Shown here: positions 36,131-48,300 of the stretch, in pieces
Layout of the letters: each line of letters begins with the position of its first letter
How positions within the stretch are numbered: position 1 is the stretch's first letter
DNA from: a virus
Direction: 5' to 3' (one strand)
Length of the DNA: 64,000 nucleotides
IMG/VR virus record: IMGVR_UViG_3300021962_000040
Location: 32,001 to 96,000 of that record
Notes under the pieces: generated by a model
Seen by the model: the letters and a program-made list of their open reading frames with translations, nothing else
Databases searched by the model: none
Told to the model about the DNA's origin: nothing
Program-made: the position numbers and the translations under genes

Positions 36131-39100
36131 ATGGCAACATACACACAAGGATACCAACCATACATGCCGGATTGGCAACCCTTTACGCCAGACTACAAAT
36201 TCCTGTCTGATATATTAGAGGTTAAGACTAACAGGTATAATACAAACTATAAAGCATTAAATGATCTTTATAGCAAGGTTGTATATTCAGATCTTTCTAG
36301 AAAAGACACCCAGGATATGAGAAACCAATATGCTGAGACTTTGGGTAAGCAATTGGAAATAGTTTCTGGAATGGATTTATCAGTAGCACAAAACGTTGAT
36401 TCAGCAAAACAATTATTTAAACCTTTCTTTGAAGAGGATATAATTGTAAAAGATCTGGTTGTTACAAAACAATATCAGAATGAAATGCAATATGCTAGTA
36501 TGTTGATGAACTCTCCTGATAAAGATCAGAGAGAGATGTACTGGCAGACTGGTGTTAAAGCATTAGAATATCAGATGGAAGACTTTAAAAATGCTTCTGC
36601 TGATAAAGCATTAACTATGGGTGCACCCCGCTATACTCCAGATGCTGATTTGAATGAAAAGGCAATTGAGTATTTAAAAAAGCAAGGTCTTGATGTTACT
36701 CAAGAATATGTTGATGAAACTGGTTATTGGATTGTAAAAGATAGAAATGGAAACTTAGTTACTCAACAAGCTTATGTGATGGCACAGAAAGCATTGAGTG
36801 ATGATCCAATGGTTCAACAAGCTTACTATACAGATGCTTATGTAAAGTCTAGAGACTTTGCAAAGTCTGGTATTGATGCCGGTCAGTTTAGATCTGTTGA
36901 TGAAGGTCAAGCTGCTTGGGCAAAAGAAACTATTTCTAGAGTTGAAGCTCAAATTGCTGCTAGATCAATCAAGCAGAAGGATAAAGTTGAAGAACTAAAG
37001 AATGCAAATATCAACTGGGATGAGTATGTAAAACAGTCTGGTATTATTCCAGGATCTGATGAAGATAAAGAATATGTAACTCAGAAAAGATCTTATGATG
37101 CGGCTTTATCTGGATTACAACTTACAGAAGAAACATTAAAGAATTCACAAGGTAGTCCTGATCAAAGTACTCAAGGTTTATTGAATAGAGCTTATAACCT
37201 TATCATGGGTTATAATATGCAGAATGATTTAAGTGCAGCTGCTGTTGCATTTTCTAATATCAATAAAAGCAGAGAGCTTAAAGTTAATGAGTATAAAAAA
37301 CAACAACTTCAATTTCAGCATGACTTTTCTAAAATGGCGGCTGAGTATCAATATGATGTTGCATTAGAAGGTCTTAAACAACAAAATAGAGTTGAGCTTG
37401 AAAAAGTAAAACAAAAACTTGCAGATCCTTTTGGTGCAATGATTTCAGATATTCTTTCTGGAGGTGGTGCAAATTATGGACAATTAGGTACTGAAGAAGT
37501 TATGACAGATCCTGAAACAGGTAAACCTCTTGATCCAAAAGATGCTGACTACGTAAAGATTATTAATGGTAAGTATAATAATTTAAGAGCTGATGTTGTA
37601 GAAGATCAAGTTAATCTTGCTTTGAATGCATTAGAAAAGATTGAACCTAATGCAAATAACTATTATAAAGTTAATGAGCAGATTAAAGGTGACCTTCCTA
37701 CTATTAAAAGAGAATTATTAAAACCTGAGAATGCAGGAATAGCTGATAAGTTCTATAAGGATATTGCTAACAAGTTTAGAGATTCTGAACAACTTATGGC
37801 ACAAAATCCAAACTTTGTAAAAAGAAACGGAGGAGCTGACTATCAAGATTTAAATTCTCAATTTGAAAAGACAACAGCTAAAAGAATGCAGTTTGATGCT
37901 GCAGTAACTCAAGGTAACCAGATCTACTATGATAACTTTATGAAAGTTGTTACATCAGAATTAGGTGACCAAGCTAAGTATGTTAAAAAAGAATTTGAGA
38001 ATGGAGCACCTAAGATTTTTAAGAATAATCAAGGTGGTCAAATTGATTTAAAATCAGAGTCTGAGTTTATTGCTGATTATGTTGCTGCAGCTAAAGCAAA
38101 GCAAATTAAAAAAGGTGATGGTGGAAAAGGTGGTCATATAGGCTGGTCTTATGATACTCCTGAAAGATCCGATAGATATACAGCAGGAATGATTATAGGA
38201 GGTCTTGCACCAAGTCCTCAGTATTTAACTGAACGGGCTCAATCAAGACCTACAACAGGAGGTTGGAGATTCAATGAAAATGCAGCAAAGTCTGAAGCAG
38301 CTGCTGCATACAGTAGACAAAAGCAATTAATCAATGGAACATTAAACGGTACTCTTGAAACTATTGCTGAACAAGATGGTAAAAAGATAGATGCAAAAGT
38401 AAGAATGTTCCAACCTTGGGATCCTTATCAATATATGAGAGGTAAATCTTTACAGGAAATGGAAACTGGAGATGCTTTGAAAAATCCTTTTTATGTTACT
38501 CAGGTTGACCCTGTAAGCATGAGAAAAGATATTGGTCAGGTTCAAGCTTTAGCTGATGTTGTTAAACAAGTAAATCAAACACCGTCTCAAGATTTAATTT
38601 TTCACCAAGGTGATATTGGTAAAATAGAGGGTGTTGAAATGAATGTACCAGATCCTAAAGCAAGAAAAATTTATGATCTTTGGCTGCAAGACATGGCCCG
38701 CTTTAGAGATCCTAAAGCTTCTAAGACAAATATACCAAGTGTTACAATTGGTTATGCTCCAGCTTATGGACCACCTGATCAATTAGCAAAAGATAAAGCA
38801 GCTTATGTAATGACATTTAATACAGCTTGGTTAAAAAGTCTTCAAGGTACTTCTGATAAGCCAGGTGCTATTGGATTAAAAGATGTTGAAGATTATCAGC
38901 AGATTACAATATCATTTCCTCAAACTGCAGATATGAACCCTAAAAAAGCTGGTGAATATAATTTCTCTGCTACTGTAAATGAAGTTACTTATAGTCCTAA
39001 CAAACAAGTAGTTCATAATATTCAAGGTGGTGGAAAATTTAGAGTTTATCCAGATGCAAATAGCAATTTTATTGGAGAATTCATATCTTTACAATATAAT

Positions 39101-39289
39101 CCACAATCAGGTAATTTTGATACAATGCCGGCTGAGAGAGTAAACCTAACTCAGATGATGCAAGAAAGAAATGAAACAGTTGGATATATTGATAACTTGG
39201 TAACTAATTATGTTGGAACATTGTATCAAATTGCACAACAGAATAATAGAGACCAAGCAAATACTAAGAAAACCAAAGCTAAAAAATAA
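36131..39289 (+). CDS. Putative ejected cargo protein
   Basis: 1052 aa, largely helical; PFTPDY N-terminus; precedes the RNAP gene. Confidence 0.6.
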   Translation: MATYTQGYQPYMPDWQPFTPDYKFLSDILEVKTNRYNTNYKALNDLYSKVVYSDLSRKDTQDMRNQYAETLGKQLEIVSGMDLSVAQNVDSAKQLFKPFFEEDIIVKDLVVTKQYQNEMQYASMLMNSPDKDQREMYWQTGVKALEYQMEDFKNASADKALTMGAPRYTPDADLNEKAIEYLKKQGLDVTQEYVDETGYWIVKDRNGNLVTQQAYVMAQKALSDDPMVQQAYYTDAYVKSRDFAKSGIDAGQFRSVDEGQAAWAKETISRVEAQIAARSIKQKDKVEELKNANINWDEYVKQSGIIPGSDEDKEYVTQKRSYDAALSGLQLTEETLKNSQGSPDQSTQGLLNRAYNLIMGYNMQNDLSAAAVAFSNINKSRELKVNEYKKQQLQFQHDFSKMAAEYQYDVALEGLKQQNRVELEKVKQKLADPFGAMISDILSGGGANYGQLGTEEVMTDPETGKPLDPKDADYVKIINGKYNNLRADVVEDQVNLALNALEKIEPNANNYYKVNEQIKGDLPTIKRELLKPENAGIADKFYKDIANKFRDSEQLMAQNPNFVKRNGGADYQDLNSQFEKTTAKRMQFDAAVTQGNQIYYDNFMKVVTSELGDQAKYVKKEFENGAPKIFKNNQGGQIDLKSESEFIADYVAAAKAKQIKKGDGGKGGHIGWSYDTPERSDRYTAGMIIGGLAPSPQYLTERAQSRPTTGGWRFNENAAKSEAAAAYSRQKQLINGTLNGTLETIAEQDGKKIDAKVRMFQPWDPYQYMRGKSLQEMETGDALKNPFYVTQVDPVSMRKDIGQVQALADVVKQVNQTPSQDLIFHQGDIGKIEGVEMNVPDPKARKIYDLWLQDMARFRDPKASKTNIPSVTIGYAPAYGPPDQLAKDKAAYVMTFNTAWLKSLQGTSDKPGAIGLKDVEDYQQITISFPQTADMNPKKAGEYNFSATVNEVTYSPNKQVVHNIQGGGKFRVYPDANSNFIGEFISLQYNPQSGNFDTMPAERVNLTQMMQERNETVGYIDNLVTNYVGTLYQIAQQNNRDQANTKKTKAKK

Positions 39290-39304
39290 GTTATACCAAT
39301 TATA

Positions 39305-42300
39305 ATGGCTGATAATATTACTCAACAACTAGAGCAAAATGGGGCTTTACCAAGTGCGGAGCCTATGATTCCTTCAAGCGGTAGATTTGATTATCAACCG
39401 GTTGCTGATTTATTGTTACCTCCCAACACTCCTGAGTTTACGGAGCTGATGACCCCGGAGTATAAAGCAATGCTTGAAAGGCACGCAAGTCAAATTAATA
39501 GTTTTGCTCCTGCTGCTATTGGTAATTTAAATGACCCTAATCCAACATTAGCTACAGATACCCTTAATCCTTTTAGACAAAAGGTTGGTTTAGATTTATC
39601 TACACCTGAAGGTAAGATGCAGTTGTTTAGAAATGCTGGAATGAGTGCTAAACCTACAGGTGAAGTAAAAATTGCAGATCCTTTATATGCTGGTATTAGA
39701 TCACATAACTTTGATAGATACTATAAGCATGCTGAGTTTTCTAATTTAGGTTGGCATCCTTATGCAAATAATGAGGAGACTTACAATGCAAACTCTTCTT
39801 GGTGGGATGATGCTGGCCGTATGATGGGTCAGTTTACAGGTTTAGCAGGTACAGGTTTTGTTTCAGCTTATAGATCTATTGGTGATTTATTTGATGATGA
39901 TGATTATTTTACAGGAACTGATTTAACATCAGCTTCTGAATTTGCTGATGCAATGCGTATTGGTAATTCTACAAGAGGTGGTTTTGGTGGTGGACTCAAT
40001 AATTTATTATTACAGTCTGGTTATACAATGGGTGTAATTGGATCTATTGCTGTAGAAGAACTTGCCTTATGGGGAGCTGCTGCTGCACAAGGTGGTCTGA
40101 ACCCTGTATCAGATGCGGCTGCTGTAAGCAGAACTGGTTGGAACATTGCTAGACTTGGTAAGACAATTGCTAATACATTTGATTTAAGTAGACTTACCAA
40201 TGCAACTAGAAATATGTATAGAGGACTTAGATCTGTTGATTCAGCTAAGGATGTATATACAGGATTTAAAGCAGGCGGAAGATTTTTGGCAGATGTTATT
40301 GCTCCAGAAACTGCACAAGCAATTAGAAGTTTAACTAGTACAGCTAATGGTGCTCAGAACTTGAGCAATATGGCTAAGGTTGCTAAAACCTTTGGAGGCT
40401 TTTATAGAGATTTGAGATCTTTGAATTTGGCACTTGCTGAATCTAAGATGGAAGGTGGTATGGTTTATCAACAACAGTTGGCAAATGGTTATGCACTTAA
40501 AACTCAAATGAATAATGGACAGCCTTTAGATGAAGCTCAAATGAACGATGTTGTTGAAAAAGCATCAAGAGCTGCTTACTATACTACATTATTGAATGCT
40601 CCAACTATTTATCTTTCTAACCAACTTGTATTAGGTAATGCATTTGGTGCATACAATAGAACTTTATCAAGAGTACTTCAAGATAATGTTGAAGGTCTTG
40701 GTAGAAGAGTTATTAAAACACAAGGAACTAGAGTAGCCGGTAAAATGGCAACTAGACCTTTTGCTGATGCAGGAACGGGTGTTGTTGGATATTTGAATAG
40801 AATGAAAGCTGCTGGTGTAACTGGTAGTGCAAAGATGGCTGCACAAGCTTCTTTAAGATACTTTTCAGCAAACTTATCTGAAGGTCTTCAGGAAGTTGCA
40901 CAGGAAGCTATTGCTGTTGGTACTAAAGGATATCACCAAGCATTATTAGAAGATCCAGCTTCAGGAGGTAGAGACTTATTAATGGGTACAATTTCTTCAG
41001 CTGTTGGTTCTCAGTTTAGTGCTCAAGGTTTTGAAACCTTTATGTCTGGATTTATGATGGGAGGTATTGTACAAGGACCTCAAAAATTATTCTTCCAAGG
41101 TGTACCTACTTTGTATCAAAAGACTTTTGAGAAAACAAAGTATGAAGAGTACAGAAAGAATAAGCAAGAATTTATTGATGGATTAGTTAAATCAATGAAT
41201 GATACATATGAGGTTACTGCAAATAACCCAATGGAATCAATCTTTGATACCAACAAAACAAACTTAGTTACACAAAAGCAAGCCTCTGTAGATATGATGC
41301 AAGCTGCTTTTGACCAATCTAATTTTGATTTTGTGGATGCAAAAGACTTTTCTAAGTTCCAAGCAATCTACACAGTACTTGCAAATGATAAAGGTGGTGA
41401 ATTCAAATCTCAATTTGAAGACTACCTTAAAATGACAGATCAAGAATTAGCAGAAGCTTTCCCTACAGCAAAATCTGAGGTTAAGTCAGGTAAGCTAAGA
41501 CAGAGAATGCAAGATATGATTAGCAAGATTGATGAACTTGAAGAATCATATTATGTAAATAAATCTAAATTCAACAATCCTTTTGATGCTTCTATCTATA
41601 AGTTTGGATCAAGAGAATGGAATGAAGAGAAGATCAAACAAATGTCTTTTGAACATGCAAGATATCTTTACATGTTTACTGAAGATGGTTTCAAAAGAGC
41701 TGTTGAAAGATCACAAAAAATTTATGATGAACTAGCTGCTGATCCTATTGTAGGTAAAATGGCAGCAAGTGATATCACCGTATTACTTGATGAGAACAGT
41801 CTTCAAAAAGAAATTGCAACATTACTTGCTGAGATTGGAACTTTAGATGCAAAAGAAAATAAAGATCTAATTGATTCAAAGACTGCAAAGCTTGAAGGTC
41901 TTAACGGCATCCTTTCTGTATTATATGCAGAAGAGAATATTACCAAGGATGGTGCTTTTGACAGACGTAAAGTAGGTAAGTTAAGAGGAGCATTTGAAAA
42001 GTATGTACAGAAACTTGCAAAGAGCAATGATTCTTTCAGTGATCCTGATAAAGTTTCTGAGGCATTAAAGAAGATTGTAGACTACCGTGAATTAAAAGGT
42101 AGAGCTATTGCTTATAATAAGTCTATTGAGTACATGAACAACCCTGAAAGATTTGATGAAATCCGTAAGAGAAGTTATGACTTCATGAAAAATATCTACA
42201 AGAATAGAGCAGAGGTTTTCAGAAAATCAGTAAAGAGTTATGTTGGCAAGATTGAAATCAATCAATTCTTAAATGAACTTGCAAAACTGGAAGTATATCC

Positions 42301-45300
42301 AGATCCAAAAGAAGTTGCTGAGTTTATGAGCAATGGTGATGTAGAAGTACTAAAAACTTTCTTCACTGAGAATGGTGTTGTCAATCAAGTATCTGATGAA
42401 GATATCTATAATGAGATTCAAGCCTTAATCAATATTTACAAATCAGCTGTAACTCCACAAGCTACAGAACAAACTGCTGAAGAAAAGATTGATTCTAAAG
42501 AAAAGCAAACTAGAAAGAAAGACACTGCTGATATTTTATCAGAAGCAGATCTTGCTGAGGATACTCCTGAAGTAGAAATATTTGGTACAAAGGAAAATGA
42601 TAATCCGGTTATTAAAGAGGTACTTGAAGAGAAATATAAAGAGTATGTAAACCGTCAAGCTAACTTAGGTCAAGTTCCTGTTCAAATGGATACTTGGGTT
42701 AATAGTGCTGAGGCAGCTAAGTATATTACTTCATATGAGGCTTTAAAGAAACTTTGGTATAAAGAACTTCAGAAGACTGGTGAGAAGGCTGAGGCAATTA
42801 CTGGTAAGTTTAATTCTGATACTGGCTTTAAAGATTGGTTGCAGAAACAACAAACCAATGACCTTGTTAGAAAGGTGTTGAAAAGCACAGAAACAAACTT
42901 CTCTGACTTTGTAGAAATAGAACAAGACTTTGAAGCAGGGGATGTAGAGGATGCTGATATTGGAGATGTAAAAGCTGTTGGTAAAGTAATAGACAATACT
43001 TTCAATAGTGTGCAGATTGTTGAGACTAAAACATCAATTGTAGATCCTGAGACAGGTATGCCTGTTCCAGTTACTCTTTACTCTGTAAGAGATAAAAAGG
43101 GTAAACTATTGACTGAAGATAAAACATCTGCAGCCGGTGTATCTGCTGGTGCAACATTTGATAATATCAATAAAGCTAGATCAGCTGCTAAGAAACTTGA
43201 TGATGTATCAGTTGATACTACATCATTCCCATTTGGTGGAATGCAGGTTTCTTATGGTGCAACTGTAACTGATAAAGAAGGTAACCGTTACATGGTTATT
43301 GGTACACCTGCTGAGGTTGAGAAAGGTAAAAAGCTTTTCTTACTTCCTGTAGATGAAATCAAACCTGGTCAATCTAAACAAGATAGAAACAAGTTATCTA
43401 AGAAAGTAACTGAGGTAGAATTTAAGAATGATTTTACAGTAGATTCTTTCAACTTTAGTAGAGTTCCAAAAGATGCTTCTAGACTATTGATTAATGAAGC
43501 TATTGAAGTTTATCCATTAGAAAATGGAATGGGTACTGCTGCAACAGAAGGTATCTTAATGGCTAATGCTAGACTTCAAACTATTTTAGAAAACTTAAGT
43601 CCTGAAGAGAAAGCAACTCTTACATTGGTAATCAAAAGAAATCCTAATGGTGGTAAATCTACAGGTAAAAAATATCAGACAAGAGATGAGGAGGGTAACT
43701 TTAAAGAAGCAAACCCATACATTAATAGAGTATCTGAACCATTTGCTGTAGGTATTGCTTTTGGAAATCAAGTTACTGCAAGTAGAATCAATCAGATTAT
43801 ATCTGAAAAAGGTATGGTCCCAAGTTCACATCCTGATGGGATATTTGCATTTGTAAGAACAGGTTCTATTCAGTTCTTAAATGATAAGAATCAAGTTGTT
43901 AATCCTTTGAATCTTACTAAGGAGATTATTGAGAATACCTTTACAATTTATCCTTCACAACAAGCAAATGCTGTTAACACAGTTGTTAACAATTTTGCAA
44001 TTCAACAAGCTTTTGTTGATCAAGTTGCAGATAAGATGGAAGGACAGGATTCTGCAATTATTCCTATGACAGAATTTTCTGAGTTTGGATTTAATCTTGG
44101 ATCTAGTGTTGATTTAAAGAGCAACCCAAAATCAGTTAAGGAACTTAAGTACAATACAGTTGATGGTGTAAGAGTTCTTTTAATTAATGATAGATTAAAA
44201 GACGGGACTATATCAACACGTATTCTTGCTGACATTGAAGACATTGATGAGAGAGAAGCTTTTGTTGAGAAATTAAAAGGTGATCTTGCTATTTCACAAC
44301 CCGGCTTATTTGAAAGCTTACAGAAGTCTCAGAGATATGTTGCTATAATTAAAACTCCTAATGGTATTTATACAGGTGCTCCGCTTAAGAGTGAGAGACT
44401 TGATCAAAATGCAATTTCAGAATTAGGAAAAGAACTTGTTGCTGAAGGTATTAGAACTATCAATGCTAACTTAGAAGGTGACGGTTCTATTGAAACTAAA
44501 ACTATAAAAGATAAAAACTTCAATGTTGAGTTTAACAAAGCATTTAATAAAAAGCTTTACATCACAACAAACATTGAAGGTTATACTGTTGAGATTAATG
44601 TTAACTCAGATGGTACCTTTAGAGCTGAGCTCTATGATAAAAAAGGTAAAGCTCTTATTGGTAGCTCATACTTAGCAGAGGGCCGTCAAGGAACTCTTGA
44701 TTATGAAGGTCAAGAGAATCCTGATATCATAGAAAGATTATTAGATAATCTTCAGAAGAAAGGTATTGAGGCTAAGATCAAAGACATTGAAGCTCAAAAG
44801 AAAAAAGGAGCTAAAGTAGAAATCCCAGAGTGGACTAAGCTTAAGCTTTCTGTTAATAATGTAAGAGCATCTTTTGAAGAAGATGCTACTATTGATACAA
44901 TTCTTGATAGCACAGTTACCAGTCTTAATGAAAATGTAAGAACTAATTACAAACTAAGATTGAATGCTGACGCAAATGTAATTGCAGAAGCAATGTTATT
45001 TGCTTCTACTTCTACAGCAAATACTTTTGAAAATTTTGTTAATACGGGTGTTGTTCCTGAAGATGTTCTTTATGATATTGCTAATAAGATTAAAAATAAT
45101 CAAACACTAACAACTGAAGAACAAGCAATCTTTACAGGTAAAACTTCAAGAATTAATCAAATTCTAGTTGAACTCAAAAATGAAACTGCTGAAGAAGCTT
45201 ATGACAGTGTTTTAGATATGTCAGATGAAGTATTTGAAGAATATGCTAAAGCAGACTTCAAAGAACTTCCTCTTGAGATGAAGCAGCAAGTTGCAAATAA

Positions 45301-48300
45301 AATTGCTAGAGGTGAAAAGCTTTCTACAAGAGAAGAAAGAATGGTGAAGAATGCTGTATCAGGACCAACCATTCAATTACTTGCAGGAAAAGCTCAAAGA
45401 GATAATAAAGTTGATGCTACAGCACAATCTCTTAAAACTGAATTGCAACAAAACAAAGCAAGAATAAAAGAGATTGAAGCTGAGATTGACAATGCTGAAC
45501 CTAACATGGTTAAAGCAAATGAGCTTATTGAAGATAATGAAGAAAGAGCTAAGTTAATTGCACGTAACAGGGAGATTGAAAGAAAGCTTCTTGCTAACAA
45601 GATCATCAGTGAAGAACTTACAGATACTGAAGTTGCTGGTATTGATGAGTTTGTATTATGGGCTAATGATAATTTGCCAGACTTTATTAGTATTGAGGAT
45701 ATTAATAACTTAAGAGACAACCTTGTTACCAATGGTGTAAGAGTTGGTGCTTTTGTTCTTTCTATGAATAACATTGCTGGAGGTATGAAAGTTAAAGGAA
45801 CTTTGTATACTGGTGCTAAATCACCATACAAATTCCATGAGGCTTTCCACGGTGTGTTCAGATCTCTTCTTACAAATGCTCAACAAGATAAACTTTACAA
45901 GATTGCTGAAGCAGAAGTAAAGAGAAAACTTGGAAATAAATTTGAAGAAGAATTAGAAAAGTTCAGAAATTCTGCAGACTCATATAAAGCTATGAGCAGA
46001 AAAGCTCTTGAGAAAGAGTTCTATGAAGAATACATGGCTGATGAGTTTGAGAAGTTCAAGAAGGATCCAAGATCTACTAAGACAGATTCTGCAATTAAGA
46101 ACTTCTTTAACAGAATTATTGAGTGGATTAAATCTTTGTTTAACAGATACAGTCCTAATGAATTACAAGATCTATTTAGAAACATTGACTCAGGTAAATT
46201 TAAATCTGCTTCTCCAATCAACAATAGATTCACAGATAGTCTTGCAACAGGTGTTACTTTAAATGCCAATAAGATTATCCCAGTTGAATTAGTTGAAGGT
46301 GAAGGTGGTCAATTTGGATATAGAACTTTAGATAATGACTTTGCAAGAAGCATTGTGTCTTCTATTTCTGCTAGAGTAATTATGCTTGAGCAAGAAAACA
46401 AAAATGCTAAGTTCAATTTGAAGCAAGCTGTTAATCAATCTTTTGCTTTATTCAAATCTTTATACAGTACTAAGAGAGAAGCATATAACTATATGTCTCT
46501 TACTGCAGATCAAAAAGGTAATTTAAGAGAGATTGAAAAAGCCTTTACAGACTTCTCTGATTTTATCAAGGATGCTGTATATGACGAGCTTAAGTATTAC
46601 GAAATTAAATCAAGAAACATTGAAGAAGACAATGACGCAATGGATGATGAGGTTGGAGACAGACTACGTACAACAGATCAGTATGATAAAGATCTAACAA
46701 GTATTGGTGGTTTCTCTGCTTTGTCTTCTTTCTTGAGAAAATATATTGGTACAACACCTATCACTGAAAAAGATGAGTTTGGTAATGATTATCTTATTGA
46801 ACCACAGAGAGATGAGAAAGGTGAGATTGTTCCAGGCACTGGTGAGAAGTTAATGATTACTGTAGATTTTGCTACAGCTTACAATGGTTTCTTAAAAGCC
46901 GTTAAGAATCTTAATGACCCTATTCAAATTTTGCAACAGTTATATTTCTTTGGTATTAATAACCCACAGACAGAAGCTGTTGTAAATAAATTATTTGCTG
47001 ACTTAGGTATTCAATGGGAAGGTCAACTTGAAAATGGAGAGCTTCCTCAATACACAAGTGAAGTAATTGAAAAATTCAAGGCAGGTGAAATTATTACCGC
47101 TGAAGAATTAAATCAAGGTGTGAAAAGACCTTTATTATTACAAGCTGTATTGAAAGGTTTTGAAAATGCTAGAGTAGATTACTTATTCATTCACAGAAGT
47201 TCTGGAGATAAAGTATATACCTATACTGCTGCAAACAGAGATGATGCTCATACACAAGTTGATAGATGGGGACAAGCTTATATTCAAAAGGCTAAGACTC
47301 TAAGAACTAATGAAGGAGTTAGAACTGTTGTAGTAAATACTTTAGATAAATTATTGAACAGACTTCAGTTTGTAGCGGGTGAAGGAACTACAAGTCAAAA
47401 AGCATTAAAGACTTTAACTGATACTAAGCTAAAAGAGTTTGCAGAACAAACAGCAAGAATTCTAGAAGAGAATGTAGGTATTAGCATTAGTCCTAAGTTC
47501 ATTGAATTTAGTGTTGCTAAAAATATAGAGAAGCCTACAAGATATCAGAAGGCTTTGCTTAATGCAAATTCAGATGAAAGACCATTGAGCTACCAAGATG
47601 TTGTTGAGCTTAAAAAGATTATTGAAGCAAATCAAGATCTATATAGTGATTCTGAAGAAGGTGCTAAGAACAGACTTAGAAGAATTGCATTAGGTAATGC
47701 AGCCTTTGATGAGAACGTTGGATCATCTGTATTTAAGAACCCTAATGGAGACTTAGTTTATGCTCACCAATTACCATCATTCCACTTGAAGCAAATTCAA
47801 TCATTGAATGATGTTGCAGGTGAGGGTGCTAAGATTGATGAGGTTAGAAACTCAGATGAATATTTATTGAATAACTTCTTGTTAAACAGTGAAGCTTTCA
47901 AACAGCTTTCTGCAGAAGGAAGATTAAGAATCTTGAGAATTGCCGGATCTAAAGTTGGTAATATAGACTTAGATGAAAATGGTTTGATGTCAGAAACATC
48001 TGGTGCTTCACCTTCTTCTGGTAAAACCTATGGTGATTCTACTCCAAGAGAGTTTATCATTAACTTGATTAATGCATACACCTACGCAATTGATCCATTA
48101 ACTGGTAAAGTTGCAAGTGTGTCTTGGACTAAAGAAGATGGAACAATTGAACTAGCTGCTATTGCTCCTGTATTATTACGTGTACTTGAAGCATCTAATA
48201 CAGGTGACATGATTGCTTTACCTGTGGTTAAAGCTGTGATGAAAAACAATGCTGGTAAAACTGTTCTTACAGAAACTGCAATAAACAGTATTGTAAACAA

